DNA of 64,000 bases from Bacillales bacterium UBA6449 (GCA_002437105.1 DJOB01000006.1:299273-363272), one strand, 5' to 3'; counted from the stretch's first letter, positions 28,841-37,854 are shown. Numbers and translations: made by a program. The notes: a model not told the origin generated them from the sequence alone.

Positions 28841-28869
28841 AATATACAGGATTCGTGTAGGCTTGTAAA
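28841..28869 (-). promoter_or_regulatory. sigma-70-type promoter of the candidate large ncRNA
   Basis: On the minus strand: TTTACA (28869-28864), a 17-nt spacer, then TATATT (28846-28841). Confidence 0.55.
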
Positions 28870-29272
28870 GTATCCGCTTTCACATTTTTTGATAATTGTT
28901 AAAAAGTTGGCTATTTATCGGCATTTTTTGACCATAAAATATTTATAAAGCAGGTGCTTTCGATGGGGCAAATGTAAGCGGTTATATAGATTTGTACCCG
29001 ATATATCAGGATGGAATTTAGCGCAGCTAAATGAGGAGAAGGTATCTTAGATTTCTGTCTTTTATTGCTCGATATAAGGAAGATGTCTTCTTTTATAGTC
29101 CTCTGTATTTTATTTTTTGGGTCGAGAATTCAGGCGATTTTTAACATTGGATGAAGCAGGTCTTTCTTAAAGTTCTGAGTATGACGATCGTTGTGCTTCA
29201 GCCTTATTGAGTCTCCCCGTAATTTTTGATTGCACACCCAGGGTATGGACAGGGAAATATATTTTTATGAAC

Positions 29273-29299
29273 AAAAAAGAAGTGATCTTTCATCACTTC
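29273..29299 (-). terminator. intrinsic terminator (second of a tandem pair) after the tRNA-Ala/tRNA-Met unit
   Basis: A perfect 8-bp stem GAAGTGAT/ATCACTTC with a 5-nt loop. The plus-strand A-run 29273-29278 gives a U-run on the minus strand. Confidence 0.75.
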
Positions 29300-29321
29300 A
29301 CTAAGCCACTTTTAGTGGAAT

Positions 29322-29355
29322 AAAAAAGAAGCGACATCGTGTCACTTCTGTTTTT
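29322..29355. terminator. bidirectional-looking terminator just downstream of tRNA-Met
   Basis: The stem AGAAGCGAC/GTCACTTCT pairs at 8 of 9 positions. It is flanked by an A-run (29322-29327) and a T-run (29351-29355). Confidence 0.7.
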
Positions 29356-29360
29356 CAATA

Positions 29361-29436
29361 TGGTGGCGGGGGTGGGAGTCGAACCCACGACGTAGCGGGT
29401 ATGAGCCGCCTGCTCTGCCAACTGAGCTACTCCGCC
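29361..29436 (-). tRNA. tRNA with CAT anticodon (elongator Met most likely; Ile2-lysidine not excluded)
   Basis: The reverse complement folds as GGCGGAG-TA-GCTC AGTTGGCA GAGC-A-GGCGG CTCATAC CCGCT-ACGTC-GTGGG TTCGACT CCCAC-CCCCGCC-A-CCA. The 1-72 pair is G-C, so it is not an initiator. There is an A6/C67 mismatch. Confidence 0.85.
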
Positions 29437-29445
29437 TAAAAAAAA

Positions 29446-29521
29446 TGGTGGAGCTGACGGGGATCGGACCCGCGACCTCCTCCATGCCATGGAGGCGCTC
29501 TCCCAGCTGAGCTACAGCCCC
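29446..29521 (-). tRNA. tRNA-Ala (anticodon GGC)
   Basis: The reverse complement folds as GGGGCTG-TA-GCTC AGCTGGGA GAGC-G-CCTCC ATGGCAT GGAGG-AGGTC-GCGGG TCCGATC CCCGT-CAGCTCC-A-CCA. The G3:U70 Ala identity pair is present. Confidence 0.88.
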
Positions 29522-29554
29522 ATTCTTTACCGCCCTTTTGCGGACAGCTCGATA

Positions 29555-29583
29555 ATACTAATCCTTGTTTATTGTTTCGTCAA
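29555..29583 (-). promoter_or_regulatory. sigma-70-type promoter of the tRNA-Ala/tRNA-Met unit
   Basis: On the minus strand: TTGACG (29583-29578), a 17-nt spacer, then TAGTAT (29560-29555). It lies about 33 nt upstream of the tRNA-Ala 5' end. Confidence 0.6.
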
Positions 29584-29732
29584 TAGTCAATTTAGAAATA
29601 ACCCATAGTTAGGGATGGTCTTACACCGAGTCTACTTCTGAGAATCAGTTTAGATCTTTTTTCTGTCTTTCACTTTTAGGGCTCAGCTCTACAGTGTGTT
29701 AGCATTGATGGGGTGGTGGCTTTTTTGGTAAC

Positions 29733-29756
29733 AAAAAACCTGATCATCAGATCAGG
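29733..29756 (-). terminator. intrinsic terminator after the upstream CAT tRNA
   Basis: A perfect 7-bp stem CCTGATC/GATCAGG with loop ATCA. The plus-strand A-run 29733-29738 gives a U-run on the minus strand. Confidence 0.8.
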
Positions 29757-29769
29757 CTTCTCATATTCA

Positions 29770-29845
29770 TGGTGGACCGAGCCGGACTTGAACCAGCAAC
29801 AACCCGGTTATGGGCCGGGGACTCTAACCATTGAGCTATCGGTCC
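29770..29845 (-). tRNA. tRNA with CAT anticodon (Ile2-lysidine type suspected; Met not excluded)
   Basis: The reverse complement folds as GGACCGA-TA-GCTC AATGGTTA GAGT-C-CCCGG CCCATAA CCGGG-TTGTT-GCTGG TTCAAGT CCGGC-TCGGTCC-A-CCA. The GGACC acceptor and GCTGGTTCAAGTCC T-arm resemble tRNA-Ile2 sequences I recall. The 1-72 pair is formed, so it is not an initiator. Confidence 0.8.
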
Positions 29846-29913
29846 AAGATAGCGAGGGATATTTTAAAACAAACAACTGCTTTTTAGAATAAATAATGTT
29901 GGCTTCCAGGCGC

Positions 29914-30579
29914 CTATACGTGGCTGCTATCGCGCTTTTTTTCCTCGGCTGAGATGATGGTGCCGTTGGTGAGAAAGTCCTTCAGCACAGCGGTGAGAAC
30001 CTCGATAGCGAGGTTTGAGATCTCATCGTCGTTATTTATGATCAGGTCAGCATATATCGAAGAGGGGGCGATGATCTCCTCGTACATCGGCTGGACGGTG
30101 TAGAAATACTGGTTGACGATGGACTCGAAAGACCTTCCTCTCTCCTTCTCATCCCGCTCGATTCTCCTGAGGAGCCTACGTTCGCGCGAGCAGTTGACGA
30201 ATACCTTCAGATCTCCCAGCTTTCGGATTCTCGCATTGACTAGGGCCATAATCCCCTCGACCACGATCAGCTTGGCCGGCTTGATCAGCTCGGTCTTATC
30301 GGATCTGTTGTGTACCTTGAAATCGTAGACGGGCTTCTCGATCGCTTTCCCGTTCTTGAGATCGGTCAACTGCTGCTCCATCAGCTTCCAGTCGAATGCT
30401 TTAGGATGATCGTAGTTTATCTTGCATCTCTCTTCGAAGGTGAGACCGTCATTCCGCTTGTAGTAATCGTCGAGTGTCAGGCGAGTGACATTCGCTCCTC
30501 CGAGGCGCTTGAAGACCTGCTCTGTCACATAGCTTTTACCAGAGGCGGATCCTCCACCCATAAGGATTAGAAACGGCAT
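29914..30579 (-). CDS. udk: uridine kinase
   Basis: The P-loop is GGGSASGKS. Other motifs are DDYY, NYDHPKAFD, YDFKVHNRS and RDEKERGRS. Confidence 0.9.
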   Translation of the reverse strand: MPFLILMGGGSASGKSYVTEQVFKRLGGANVTRLTLDDYYKRNDGLTFEERCKINYDHPKAFDWKLMEQQLTDLKNGKAIEKPVYDFKVHNRSDKTELIKPAKLIVVEGIMALVNARIRKLGDLKVFVNCSRERRLLRRIERDEKERGRSFESIVNQYFYTVQPMYEEIIAPSSIYADLIINNDDEISNLAIEVLTAVLKDFLTNGTIISAEEKKRDSSHV

Positions 30580-30678
30580 ATAAAAAAAGCCCCTTTCGGG
30601 GTCTTTATCATACCAAAAATATAGAGGATTGCTGTATTCAAAACAAAAAAAGTATACTTTTTAGAGCGGAGGTTGGAT

Positions 30679-31569
30679 ATGAGAAAGATAATCGAAGGCG
30701 ATATACCATTTTTGGGGCTGAAGACCCACTATAGGATGGTGGTAGGGACCGATTCCAGCAAGCGTCCTCTGATTCTTCTGCACGGTGGTCCGGGATCGAG
30801 CCACAATTCTCTCGAGGTCCTCGATCCTATCGCCGATCAGGGAAGGACGCTGGTATATTACGATCAGATCGGCTGCGGGCTATCGCCTGCTCCAGATGAT
30901 AGGACGGACCTATTCAATAAGGAAACATGGTGTAAAGAACTAGACAACCTTAGGGAATATTTAAAGTTGGATAAGGTTCACCTGCTCGGACACTCCTGGG
31001 GTGGCATGCTGCTTATAACCTACCTCTCGGATTGCCGTCCGCAGGGTGTCCTCTCGGCTGTCCTCTCCTCGACGTTGGCTTCGACCAGCCTCTGGGCTCA
31101 GGAGACGCACCGTCTAGTCAAGCTGCTTCCTGCGAGGTATCAGGAGGCTATCGCCAAGGCGGAGCAGAGTGGGAATTGGACTGATCCTGAATATCTCGAA
31201 GCGAATACCGCCTTCATGCATGCGCATGTGGGTGGTCCGTGGGGACCGAAGGCGCCTGAGTGTTTAAAAAGACCGCGGATCGGTGGCAAGGTGGCCTATG
31301 AGACGGCCTGGGGACCCAACGAATATACGCCTCTGGGAAATCTTAAGGATTGGGAGTATCTAGATAAGGTCAAGAGTTGGACTACGCCCACGCTAATCAC
31401 CGATGGAGCCGAGGATGAGTCGACACCGTATATGAATATGGTGCTTCACCGGTCTATCCCCCACTCTGAGTGGCAGATCTTCCAGTTCTCTCGGCATATG
31501 TCCTACTACGAGGAGAATGCTAAATACATCGAACTGGTCGAGAATTTCTTGGAGAGGAACGACCGGTAG
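30679..31569 (+). CDS. proline iminopeptidase-family alpha/beta hydrolase
   Basis: Motifs are LHGGPGSS and the nucleophile elbow GHSWGG. I prefer ATG 30679, which is 6 nt after GGAGG. The track start 30673 is a TTG abutting the RBS. Confidence 0.85.
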   Translation: MRKIIEGDIPFLGLKTHYRMVVGTDSSKRPLILLHGGPGSSHNSLEVLDPIADQGRTLVYYDQIGCGLSPAPDDRTDLFNKETWCKELDNLREYLKLDKVHLLGHSWGGMLLITYLSDCRPQGVLSAVLSSTLASTSLWAQETHRLVKLLPARYQEAIAKAEQSGNWTDPEYLEANTAFMHAHVGGPWGPKAPECLKRPRIGGKVAYETAWGPNEYTPLGNLKDWEYLDKVKSWTTPTLITDGAEDESTPYMNMVLHRSIPHSEWQIFQFSRHMSYYEENAKYIELVENFLERNDR

Positions 31570-31581
31570 GTCGATCAGGGT

Positions 31582-32853
31582 TCAGCGGGGCAGAATGTAG
31601 TTCTTCATCTGCTCGGCGGAGAGGGAGGCATCCCTCTTTTTTAGCATACTGTTGATGATCTCGTGGCAGATGAGCATCAGGAGTCCGGATATAAGCGTCA
31701 GGTATGGAAGGACGAAATAGGCGTTGCCGAGGGATTCCACGACGCGACCGAAGACAGAAGGAATAGTCATCTGCGCTATGTAGGCGAATCCTAATTCGAA
31801 TCCCATGAGGCGGGGGGCAGCGACGATGGAGAGACGGTATGATGTCGAGCGGATGATGGCCGGATAGATCGGTGCACAGCCGAGACCGACGATGGTGAAT
31901 CCGATGATCGAGAGGATCCAGCGCGATTTGAACACTTGGCTAGGGATGAGAATCGAGATGCAGGCGATCACTGCACCGGTGAGAAGGACGCCCTCTCCTA
32001 ACCTGATCATCGTCTTCTCTTTCAGCTTTAAGGAGAGAGGACCGGAGATGAAGCGGCCCACGGTTATGCCGATATAGAAGATCGATCCCAGGGTTGCACA
32101 GAGGGAATCGTCTAGCTGTGAGGAGTACTTGAAGAACGAGGAGAGCCAGAGCCCAGTTCCGCCCTCGAGTGCTGAGTAGAAGAAGAAGCCTAGGCAGGCG
32201 AGGTAGAGAATGGGATTTTTGAGTCCAGATTTTAGGTTGTAGTTGTTTTTGGCAGCATCCAGATCCTTCTCCGCTTCCGTCTCCTTCCTGGCGACTCTAT
32301 TCCATAGGGGAAGAGTGAGCAGGGTGATGAGCAGGATTGCCCCTTGGATGCAGGCGATGGTGATCACCCCTAGATTCCAACCGGAGGAGTGGTGGCTGGG
32401 GTCGATGAAGGAACCGATGATCAACGGGCTGGTCGAGGCGCCGATACCCCAGGTGCAGTGGAGCCAATTCATGTGGATGGCCTGATAGTGGATCGAAACA
32501 TAGGAATTCAGTACTGAATCGATGGCTCCTGCCCCTAATCCGAGAGGTATACAGGCTAGATAGAACAGCCAGACATAGTTCGACCTGACGAAGGAGAACA
32601 TGACGAGACCGCAGATGGTCAACATGATGGAGAAGGCGACGATATACTGAGATTTGAATCTCTTCAGCATGAAGGACGAAGCGAAGGAGGAGATGATGGT
32701 TCCTATGCTGACGATTATGCTCAGCACTCCGTTCATCGAGGTGTCGACACCCAGGTTGGTGGCGATGGCGGGCCAGGAGCTGCCCAGGATCGAGTCGGGG
32801 AGTCCGAGGGAGATGAAGACGAAGTAGATGACGATGAGAAGCACAGTGGCCAT
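31582..32853 (-). CDS. MFS transporter
   Basis: It is 423 aa with about 12 TM segments in the 6+6 architecture, separated by a central hydrophilic loop. Confidence 0.8.
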   Translation of the reverse strand: MATVLLIVIYFVFISLGLPDSILGSSWPAIATNLGVDTSMNGVLSIIVSIGTIISSFASSFMLKRFKSQYIVAFSIMLTICGLVMFSFVRSNYVWLFYLACIPLGLGAGAIDSVLNSYVSIHYQAIHMNWLHCTWGIGASTSPLIIGSFIDPSHHSSGWNLGVITIACIQGAILLITLLTLPLWNRVARKETEAEKDLDAAKNNYNLKSGLKNPILYLACLGFFFYSALEGGTGLWLSSFFKYSSQLDDSLCATLGSIFYIGITVGRFISGPLSLKLKEKTMIRLGEGVLLTGAVIACISILIPSQVFKSRWILSIIGFTIVGLGCAPIYPAIIRSTSYRLSIVAAPRLMGFELGFAYIAQMTIPSVFGRVVESLGNAYFVLPYLTLISGLLMLICHEIINSMLKKRDASLSAEQMKNYILPR

Positions 32854-32931
32854 AGATATCTCCTTAACTTTTTTAAGCTTTCGATCTATATCATAATAGA
32901 AATCTATTTTTGGAGATTAGCGAAATTGATT

Positions 32932-33867
32932 CTAAAGGTATGACTTTACAACATCTCTAATATCTTTATCAAAGTTGTACTGCGGCTTAAAACCTAATTT
33001 TTCAATTTTATCGGTATCGATCAGGTATCGTGTATCGTGGCCTTTTCTATCCTGGACGAAATCTAGGAGAGGAGGTCTTCCCATCACTCTTCCGATCGTC
33101 TGAACGACTTCTAGAGCCGTTTTTTCACAGTGGGCTGAGATATTGTAGATTCCACCTTTTTCTCCCTTCTCGGCTACGAGGAGGATGCCGGTGCAGTCAT
33201 CCTCTACATGGAGCCAGTCGCGGAGGTTCTTTCCGGTTCCATAGATGGGGACTGGGAGGCCTTGAAGTATTTTTTTAATCGTCAGGGGAATTAGTTTTTC
33301 GGGGTATTGATGCGGACCAAAACAATTGGAGGAACGGGTTATCCTCACATCTAGACCGTAGGTCTTGAAGTAGGACAGAGCCAGGAGGTCGCCACCGGCT
33401 TTGCTGGCGGCATAGGGGGATGTGGGATTGAGGGGGTCCCCTTCTCTGGCTGGCTTACCACCATTTAGGTCTCTAGGCCCATAGACCTCATCGGTGGATA
33501 TCTGGACAAAGGTATTTACGCCGTATTTTCGACTCAGCGATAGCAGGTTATTCAGTCCGTCAAGATTCGTATGGATGAAGGGATAGGGGTCGGCGATGGA
33601 GCGATCAACGTGGGTTTCAGCTGCGAAATTTAAGATTCGATCTATGTGTTCGCTCTCGAGTATTCTCGATAGTCCATCGCGGTCGGCGATGTCGATGATC
33701 TCGAGCGAGAGGCGCCTGTCGGAGAGACACTCCTGGATGTTTTCAATCTTTCCAGCATAGGTTCTCTTATCGACCAGGATGATCTTTTCCTGTCGGGGGT
33801 CAGACAGCAGCCTTCTCACCATGGCGCTGCCGATAAATCCTAGACCACCGGTAATGAGAGTTTTCAT
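32932..33867 (-). CDS. rfbB: dTDP-glucose 4,6-dehydratase (extended SDR)
   Basis: The Rossmann motif is GGLGFIGS. The catalytic motif is YAASKAGGD (YxxxK). The length and the DRILNFAAETHVDRS motif are typical of RmlB. Confidence 0.85.
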   Translation of the reverse strand: MKTLITGGLGFIGSAMVRRLLSDPRQEKIILVDKRTYAGKIENIQECLSDRRLSLEIIDIADRDGLSRILESEHIDRILNFAAETHVDRSIADPYPFIHTNLDGLNNLLSLSRKYGVNTFVQISTDEVYGPRDLNGGKPAREGDPLNPTSPYAASKAGGDLLALSYFKTYGLDVRITRSSNCFGPHQYPEKLIPLTIKKILQGLPVPIYGTGKNLRDWLHVEDDCTGILLVAEKGEKGGIYNISAHCEKTALEVVQTIGRVMGRPPLLDFVQDRKGHDTRYLIDTDKIEKLGFKPQYNFDKDIRDVVKSYL

Positions 33868-33959
33868 CTGCCTTCCTCCTCGGGTGGGATTTTAAAGCAA
33901 AGTGTGGGTGTGTTAAATCTAAATAGCGGTAATAGAATATTCGAAGGGAGAGGGAATGT

Positions 33960-34457
33960 ATGGAATTCAAGGATGTAATCGCTGCTCGCCGCTCTAGAAG
34001 AGAGTATCTAGATAGAGCTGTGGAAGTCGAGAAGGTCAAGGAGATCATGAAGGCTGGAACCTTAGCTCCTACTGGGATGGATAAGCAGAACCTCAGATTT
34101 GTAGCGGTCATGAATAAGGAGGCTCTTTCCGAGATCAGGAAGAATACTTTCGGTGGAGATGATCTGTTCTACTCTGCGCCAGCTGTCGTCTTCTGCATCG
34201 AGACTGAGGAGACCTCGACCACGGAATTGAATGTGGGTGCTGCGATGGAGAATATGGCTCTCGCTGCGACCGATCTCGGCCTAGGCTGCTGTTGGATCCA
34301 CTGCGCCAGGGAGCGACTCAATGCTGATGCAGCGCGCCTCAGTGATATTCTTCATCTGTCTGCCGGTGAGAAGTTCCTCGAGTGTTTGACTCTAGGTTAC
34401 TCTGCGCAAAAGAGGGAGCCTAAAGAAGTTAGAGAGACTATTACCGTTATTAAATAG
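33960..34457 (+). CDS. nitroreductase-family protein
   Basis: It is 165 aa. The N terminus AARRSRREY and the central AMENMALAATDLGLG are typical of the nitroreductase fold. Confidence 0.8.
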   Translation: MEFKDVIAARRSRREYLDRAVEVEKVKEIMKAGTLAPTGMDKQNLRFVAVMNKEALSEIRKNTFGGDDLFYSAPAVVFCIETEETSTTELNVGAAMENMALAATDLGLGCCWIHCARERLNADAARLSDILHLSAGEKFLECLTLGYSAQKREPKEVRETITVIK

Positions 34458-34499
34458 TTTGAAATAGTAGTAATAAAAAGGGCAGCTTAGCTGCCTTTT

Positions 34500-35477
34500 T
34501 TATCTATTGTTTTTATCGTTGTTGTTGCGTGTTGTATAGACCAGGATCGCGCCGCCGACCAGCGCTAGTAGGATGGCTACGGCGATAACCACATAGAATC
34601 CCCATCGGTCGTGGGCGAGCGGGATATTATCGAAGTTCATACCGTAGAATGAAGCGATGCCGGTAGGGATCGAGATGGCGATAGTGATCACGGCCAGAGT
34701 CTTCATGACGATATTTAGATTATTGGAGATGATGGAGGAGAAGGCGGTCATCATGCCCTCGATAATCTTTCGGTAGATGGTGCACATCTCGATAGCCTGA
34801 TCGAGTTCTACCTTCGTATCCTCCATCAGGTCTAGATCGGTCTCATACTTCTTATAGGAAGGCGATTTGAGAAGCTTGGATAGAACAGCCTTGTTCGCGG
34901 ATAGCGCAGTGGAGAAGTAGACGAGTGATTTGTTGATCGCCATCAGCTCGAATAGTTCCTTGTTCTTCATCGAGGAATGGAGGCTGTGTTCAATCTTCTT
35001 GGTCTGCTCATCGATCTGTTTCAGATAGTAGATGAATTCCTTGGACATCTGGTAGATCAGGTTCAAGGTAGTGCGGACATGCTTCTGAGGCTGGATGTTC
35101 TTGATCTTAGCCATCATGTCCGGAATCAGGAACTCGTTGTACTGGTTGATCGTGATGAAGCTGTTGTCGTTGTAGGTGATGATGAAAGGCTTAGTTATGT
35201 AGATGCTCTTGTCATCATCGCTCTCGACAGGAGCGTCGAGAACAACGAGCACGGAGCCGTCTTCGGTATCTAGACGCGCTGTTTCTTCTTCATCCAGCGC
35301 GGCCATGAGGAAATGAAGAGGTATGTTCGTATCCCTGGAGATGATCTCTAGGATACGAGAATCCGCCTGTGATATGGCAATCCAGTTATTGGTGCCGATA
35401 TCAGTGCTCTCATCGATGGACTCGAGACTTTTCTCGTCCACCTTTCCTTCTTTATTTTCACCGTAGATTTTTATCAT
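34500..35477 (-). CDS. corA: CorA-family magnesium/cobalt transporter
   Basis: The YGMNF signature (SFYGMNFDNIP) lies between the two C-terminal TM helices. Confidence 0.9.
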   Translation of the reverse strand: MIKIYGENKEGKVDEKSLESIDESTDIGTNNWIAISQADSRILEIISRDTNIPLHFLMAALDEEETARLDTEDGSVLVVLDAPVESDDDKSIYITKPFIITYNDNSFITINQYNEFLIPDMMAKIKNIQPQKHVRTTLNLIYQMSKEFIYYLKQIDEQTKKIEHSLHSSMKNKELFELMAINKSLVYFSTALSANKAVLSKLLKSPSYKKYETDLDLMEDTKVELDQAIEMCTIYRKIIEGMMTAFSSIISNNLNIVMKTLAVITIAISIPTGIASFYGMNFDNIPLAHDRWGFYVVIAVAILLALVGGAILVYTTRNNNDKNNR

Positions 35478-35660
35478 AACGGAATTATTCTACTCTCTGC
35501 TGGCCTCAATTGCGTTGATTATGCAAGCGAGTTTATCTCTGGATAGCTGGATGGCTGAAACTTCTGACTTTGGATCGGCTAAATTTTGTCTTATTGCTTC
35601 TGAATATATAGGAGAAATAACCATCGGTAAGTTAATATAAAAATGAGGAGGAATACAGCA

Positions 35661-36557
35661 GTGAATCTAATCCAAAAGACAGAGCAGTCATTCAGCGGGG
35701 TAACTGTTCTAAAGGTGGTTGCGGAAGGTGTTAAACCCTTTGCGGCAATGCAGATCATCCACGGCTCTTTGGAGTACAAGGAACGCTACATGCCCTTCAT
35801 CAAATTCCTAGCGGAGCGGGGATATGTCGTCTACATCTCGGATCTAAGGGGACACGGTGCCAATGTCTCAGCTGAATATCCCCGCGGACATATGAAGGAT
35901 GTGTGGGAGATAATCGATGATCAGAAGGATGTGAACAACCTGATCAGAGCGGAATATCCGTCGATTCCCCATATTCTTTTTGGCCACTCGCTCGGATCGA
36001 TATTCGCTAGGCTCTACACGGCTAAATACGACGATTCTATCGATTGCCTGATTCTCTCCGGTACCGCTAATCGGCGGCCGTTTGCTTCGTTGGGACCTAT
36101 CGTGGTCGATATAGTATCGATATTTACTGGCGGAATGAAAGGACACGCGAGGATCCTGAATAGGATGTCGGGACTGGATGCGCCGACCGACGAGTGGCTA
36201 TCCTACTCCAAGAGAAATCTCGAGAATCACAGAAACGATCCTAATATGATTCCGATGTTTACTAATGGTGGTTTCAAAATCCTATTTAAAGCAGACTCGC
36301 TACTCAATAAGAAGAAGCTCTATAGATTTAAGAATCCTAAGCTTCCAATTCTATCGGTGACTGGAGAAGATGATCCAGTTACTGGATTTAAGAAGGGATT
36401 GACGGCCTCCATGAGATTTCTCGGCAAGGTCGGATATCACAATCTGGAGAGCATCGTCTATCCGCACATGATGCACGAGGTGCTGAACGAGGACGAGGGT
36501 GAGAAAGTTATGAAGGATATCGATTCCTTCATCAGGAAGAGCCTTAAGCTCTTCTGA
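35661..36557 (+). CDS. alpha/beta hydrolase (lysophospholipase / monoacylglycerol lipase-like)
   Basis: The nucleophile elbow is GHSLGS. The HGSLEY and RGHG motifs are of the Hydrolase_4 type. I prefer GTG 35661, which is 9 nt after GAGGAGG. The alternative ATG 35643 lacks an RBS. Confidence 0.8.
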   Translation: MNLIQKTEQSFSGVTVLKVVAEGVKPFAAMQIIHGSLEYKERYMPFIKFLAERGYVVYISDLRGHGANVSAEYPRGHMKDVWEIIDDQKDVNNLIRAEYPSIPHILFGHSLGSIFARLYTAKYDDSIDCLILSGTANRRPFASLGPIVVDIVSIFTGGMKGHARILNRMSGLDAPTDEWLSYSKRNLENHRNDPNMIPMFTNGGFKILFKADSLLNKKKLYRFKNPKLPILSVTGEDDPVTGFKKGLTASMRFLGKVGYHNLESIVYPHMMHEVLNEDEGEKVMKDIDSFIRKSLKLF

Positions 36558-37854
36558 CGCGGTGCTTGATCGGACGGGGGGCACGTATTCTGTTGGTGAT
36601 CTTCTGCGCTCTCTGATAGATATCCTCCGGGTCGAAATCAGTTTTGAACTCTCCATCCATATAGAGGATACGACCGTTGATCATGGTCATCTTCACGCAG
36701 TCTTTCTCGCCGGAATAGACGATGTTGCGGGCGATATCGTTGAAGGGCTGCATGCTGGGACGATGCAGATCGATCATGATGATGTCTGCTTTCTTTCCTA
36801 CTTTGAGGTCGTCGCAATCGAATAGTCGCATGATCCTGGCGGAGTTTACGGTGGCCATCTGCAGAACGGTTAGAACATCGAGAGCGGTGGGATCACTGTT
36901 CTGCAGCTTCTGAAGGATGGTCGATAGATACATCTCCCTGAACATATCCAGGGCATTATTCGAGCCCGGCCCATCTGTACCTAGACCGATATTGATGCCC
37001 TTTTCCATGCAGTAGAGAATGTGCATTATTCCTGAAGCCAGTTTGGCATTGCTGCCGGGGTTAGTCACTATTCCTACTCCTCTGTCTCTCAGGATATACT
37101 GCTCATTTTCCGACAGGTGAACGCCGTGGAAGATGCCTCCCCCGCAGTTGAAGATTCCGAGGGAATCGAGATACTCGATAGGACGCATCGATCGGTTTCT
37201 ATCTATGCAGGAATCGACATCTCTGAGCGTTTCGTTCGAGTGGGTATAGACGGGGAGATGGTATTTTTTTGCGAGGGCTGCTGTCTTGACCAGATCGTCG
37301 TGGACGACTGTGTACTCGGCGTGAAATCCCAGCTGATAGGTGACTAGCCCGTCCTCCATATGGCCGTTGAGGTATTCGGATTCGTATCGGCTATATCTCT
37401 CGGGATAACCGGCAGGCTGAAGGAGGACTACGGAGCGCATTCCCATATCCTTGGCGGCTTGGGCTTGCTCTTCGGGGTTTAGATACATATCGAAGACGGA
37501 GGTTATTCCGCTGGTTAGATACTCGAGGAAGGAGACCTTCGATAGTTCCCGGATGTCGCCCGGCTGCAGTCTGGACTCCATGGGGAAGATCACCCGGTTC
37601 AGCCAGTCCCACAGTTTGTAGCCGTCGGAGGCGGAGCGCGCAAAGCACATCGCGGAGTGGGCGTGCCCATTTTTGAAACCGGGCATCAGCACATTCCCGT
37701 CGCAGTCGATGATAGTGGTGTTGGATCTATCTTTGATTTCGATGTGTTTTGCGATCTGGGCGATGCGATCTTTGCATACTAGAAGATCACCTTCCTTTAT
37801 CTTGACTTTCGGAGTTACAGTGAGAATCCTTGCGTTCTTGAAAAGCGTATCCAT
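36544..37854 (-). CDS. amidohydrolase (MTA/SAH- or guanine/cytosine-deaminase-like)
   Basis: The metal-binding HxH is in PGFKNGHAHSAM. It has the TIM-barrel amidohydrolase length of 436 aa. Its 3' end overlaps the convergent hydrolase gene by 14 nt. Confidence 0.8.
   Translation of the reverse strand: MDTLFKNARILTVTPKVKIKEGDLLVCKDRIAQIAKHIEIKDRSNTTIIDCDGNVLMPGFKNGHAHSAMCFARSASDGYKLWDWLNRVIFPMESRLQPGDIRELSKVSFLEYLTSGITSVFDMYLNPEEQAQAAKDMGMRSVVLLQPAGYPERYSRYESEYLNGHMEDGLVTYQLGFHAEYTVVHDDLVKTAALAKKYHLPVYTHSNETLRDVDSCIDRNRSMRPIEYLDSLGIFNCGGGIFHGVHLSENEQYILRDRGVGIVTNPGSNAKLASGIMHILYCMEKGINIGLGTDGPGSNNALDMFREMYLSTILQKLQNSDPTALDVLTVLQMATVNSARIMRLFDCDDLKVGKKADIIMIDLHRPSMQPFNDIARNIVYSGEKDCVKMTMINGRILYMDGEFKTDFDPEDIYQRAQKITNRIRAPRPIKHRVRRA

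Noticed and set aside
28212-28869. The candidate large RNA as RNase P RNA, tmRNA or SRP RNA
   Set aside because: I searched both strands by eye. I found no GAGGAAAGTCC/ACAGAA P4 elements, no GGGG...TTCGAC 5' end with a tRNA-like TTCGA-containing 3' end plus CCA, and no CAGG-NNN-GGAA-NNN-AGCAGC domain IV. The region is therefore not assigned to those families.
29273-29355. Tandem similar hairpins (GAAGTGAT... and AGAAGCGAC...) as a repeat element
   Set aside because: The simplest reading is a duplicated or redundant pair of intrinsic terminators after the tRNA unit. Only two copies are present and they have no further structure.
35478-35642. M-box (Mg) riboswitch upstream of corA
   Set aside because: The 165-nt divergent intergenic region lacks the AGGUGAGG-type conserved core on the corA strand. 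It is probably just two promoters.
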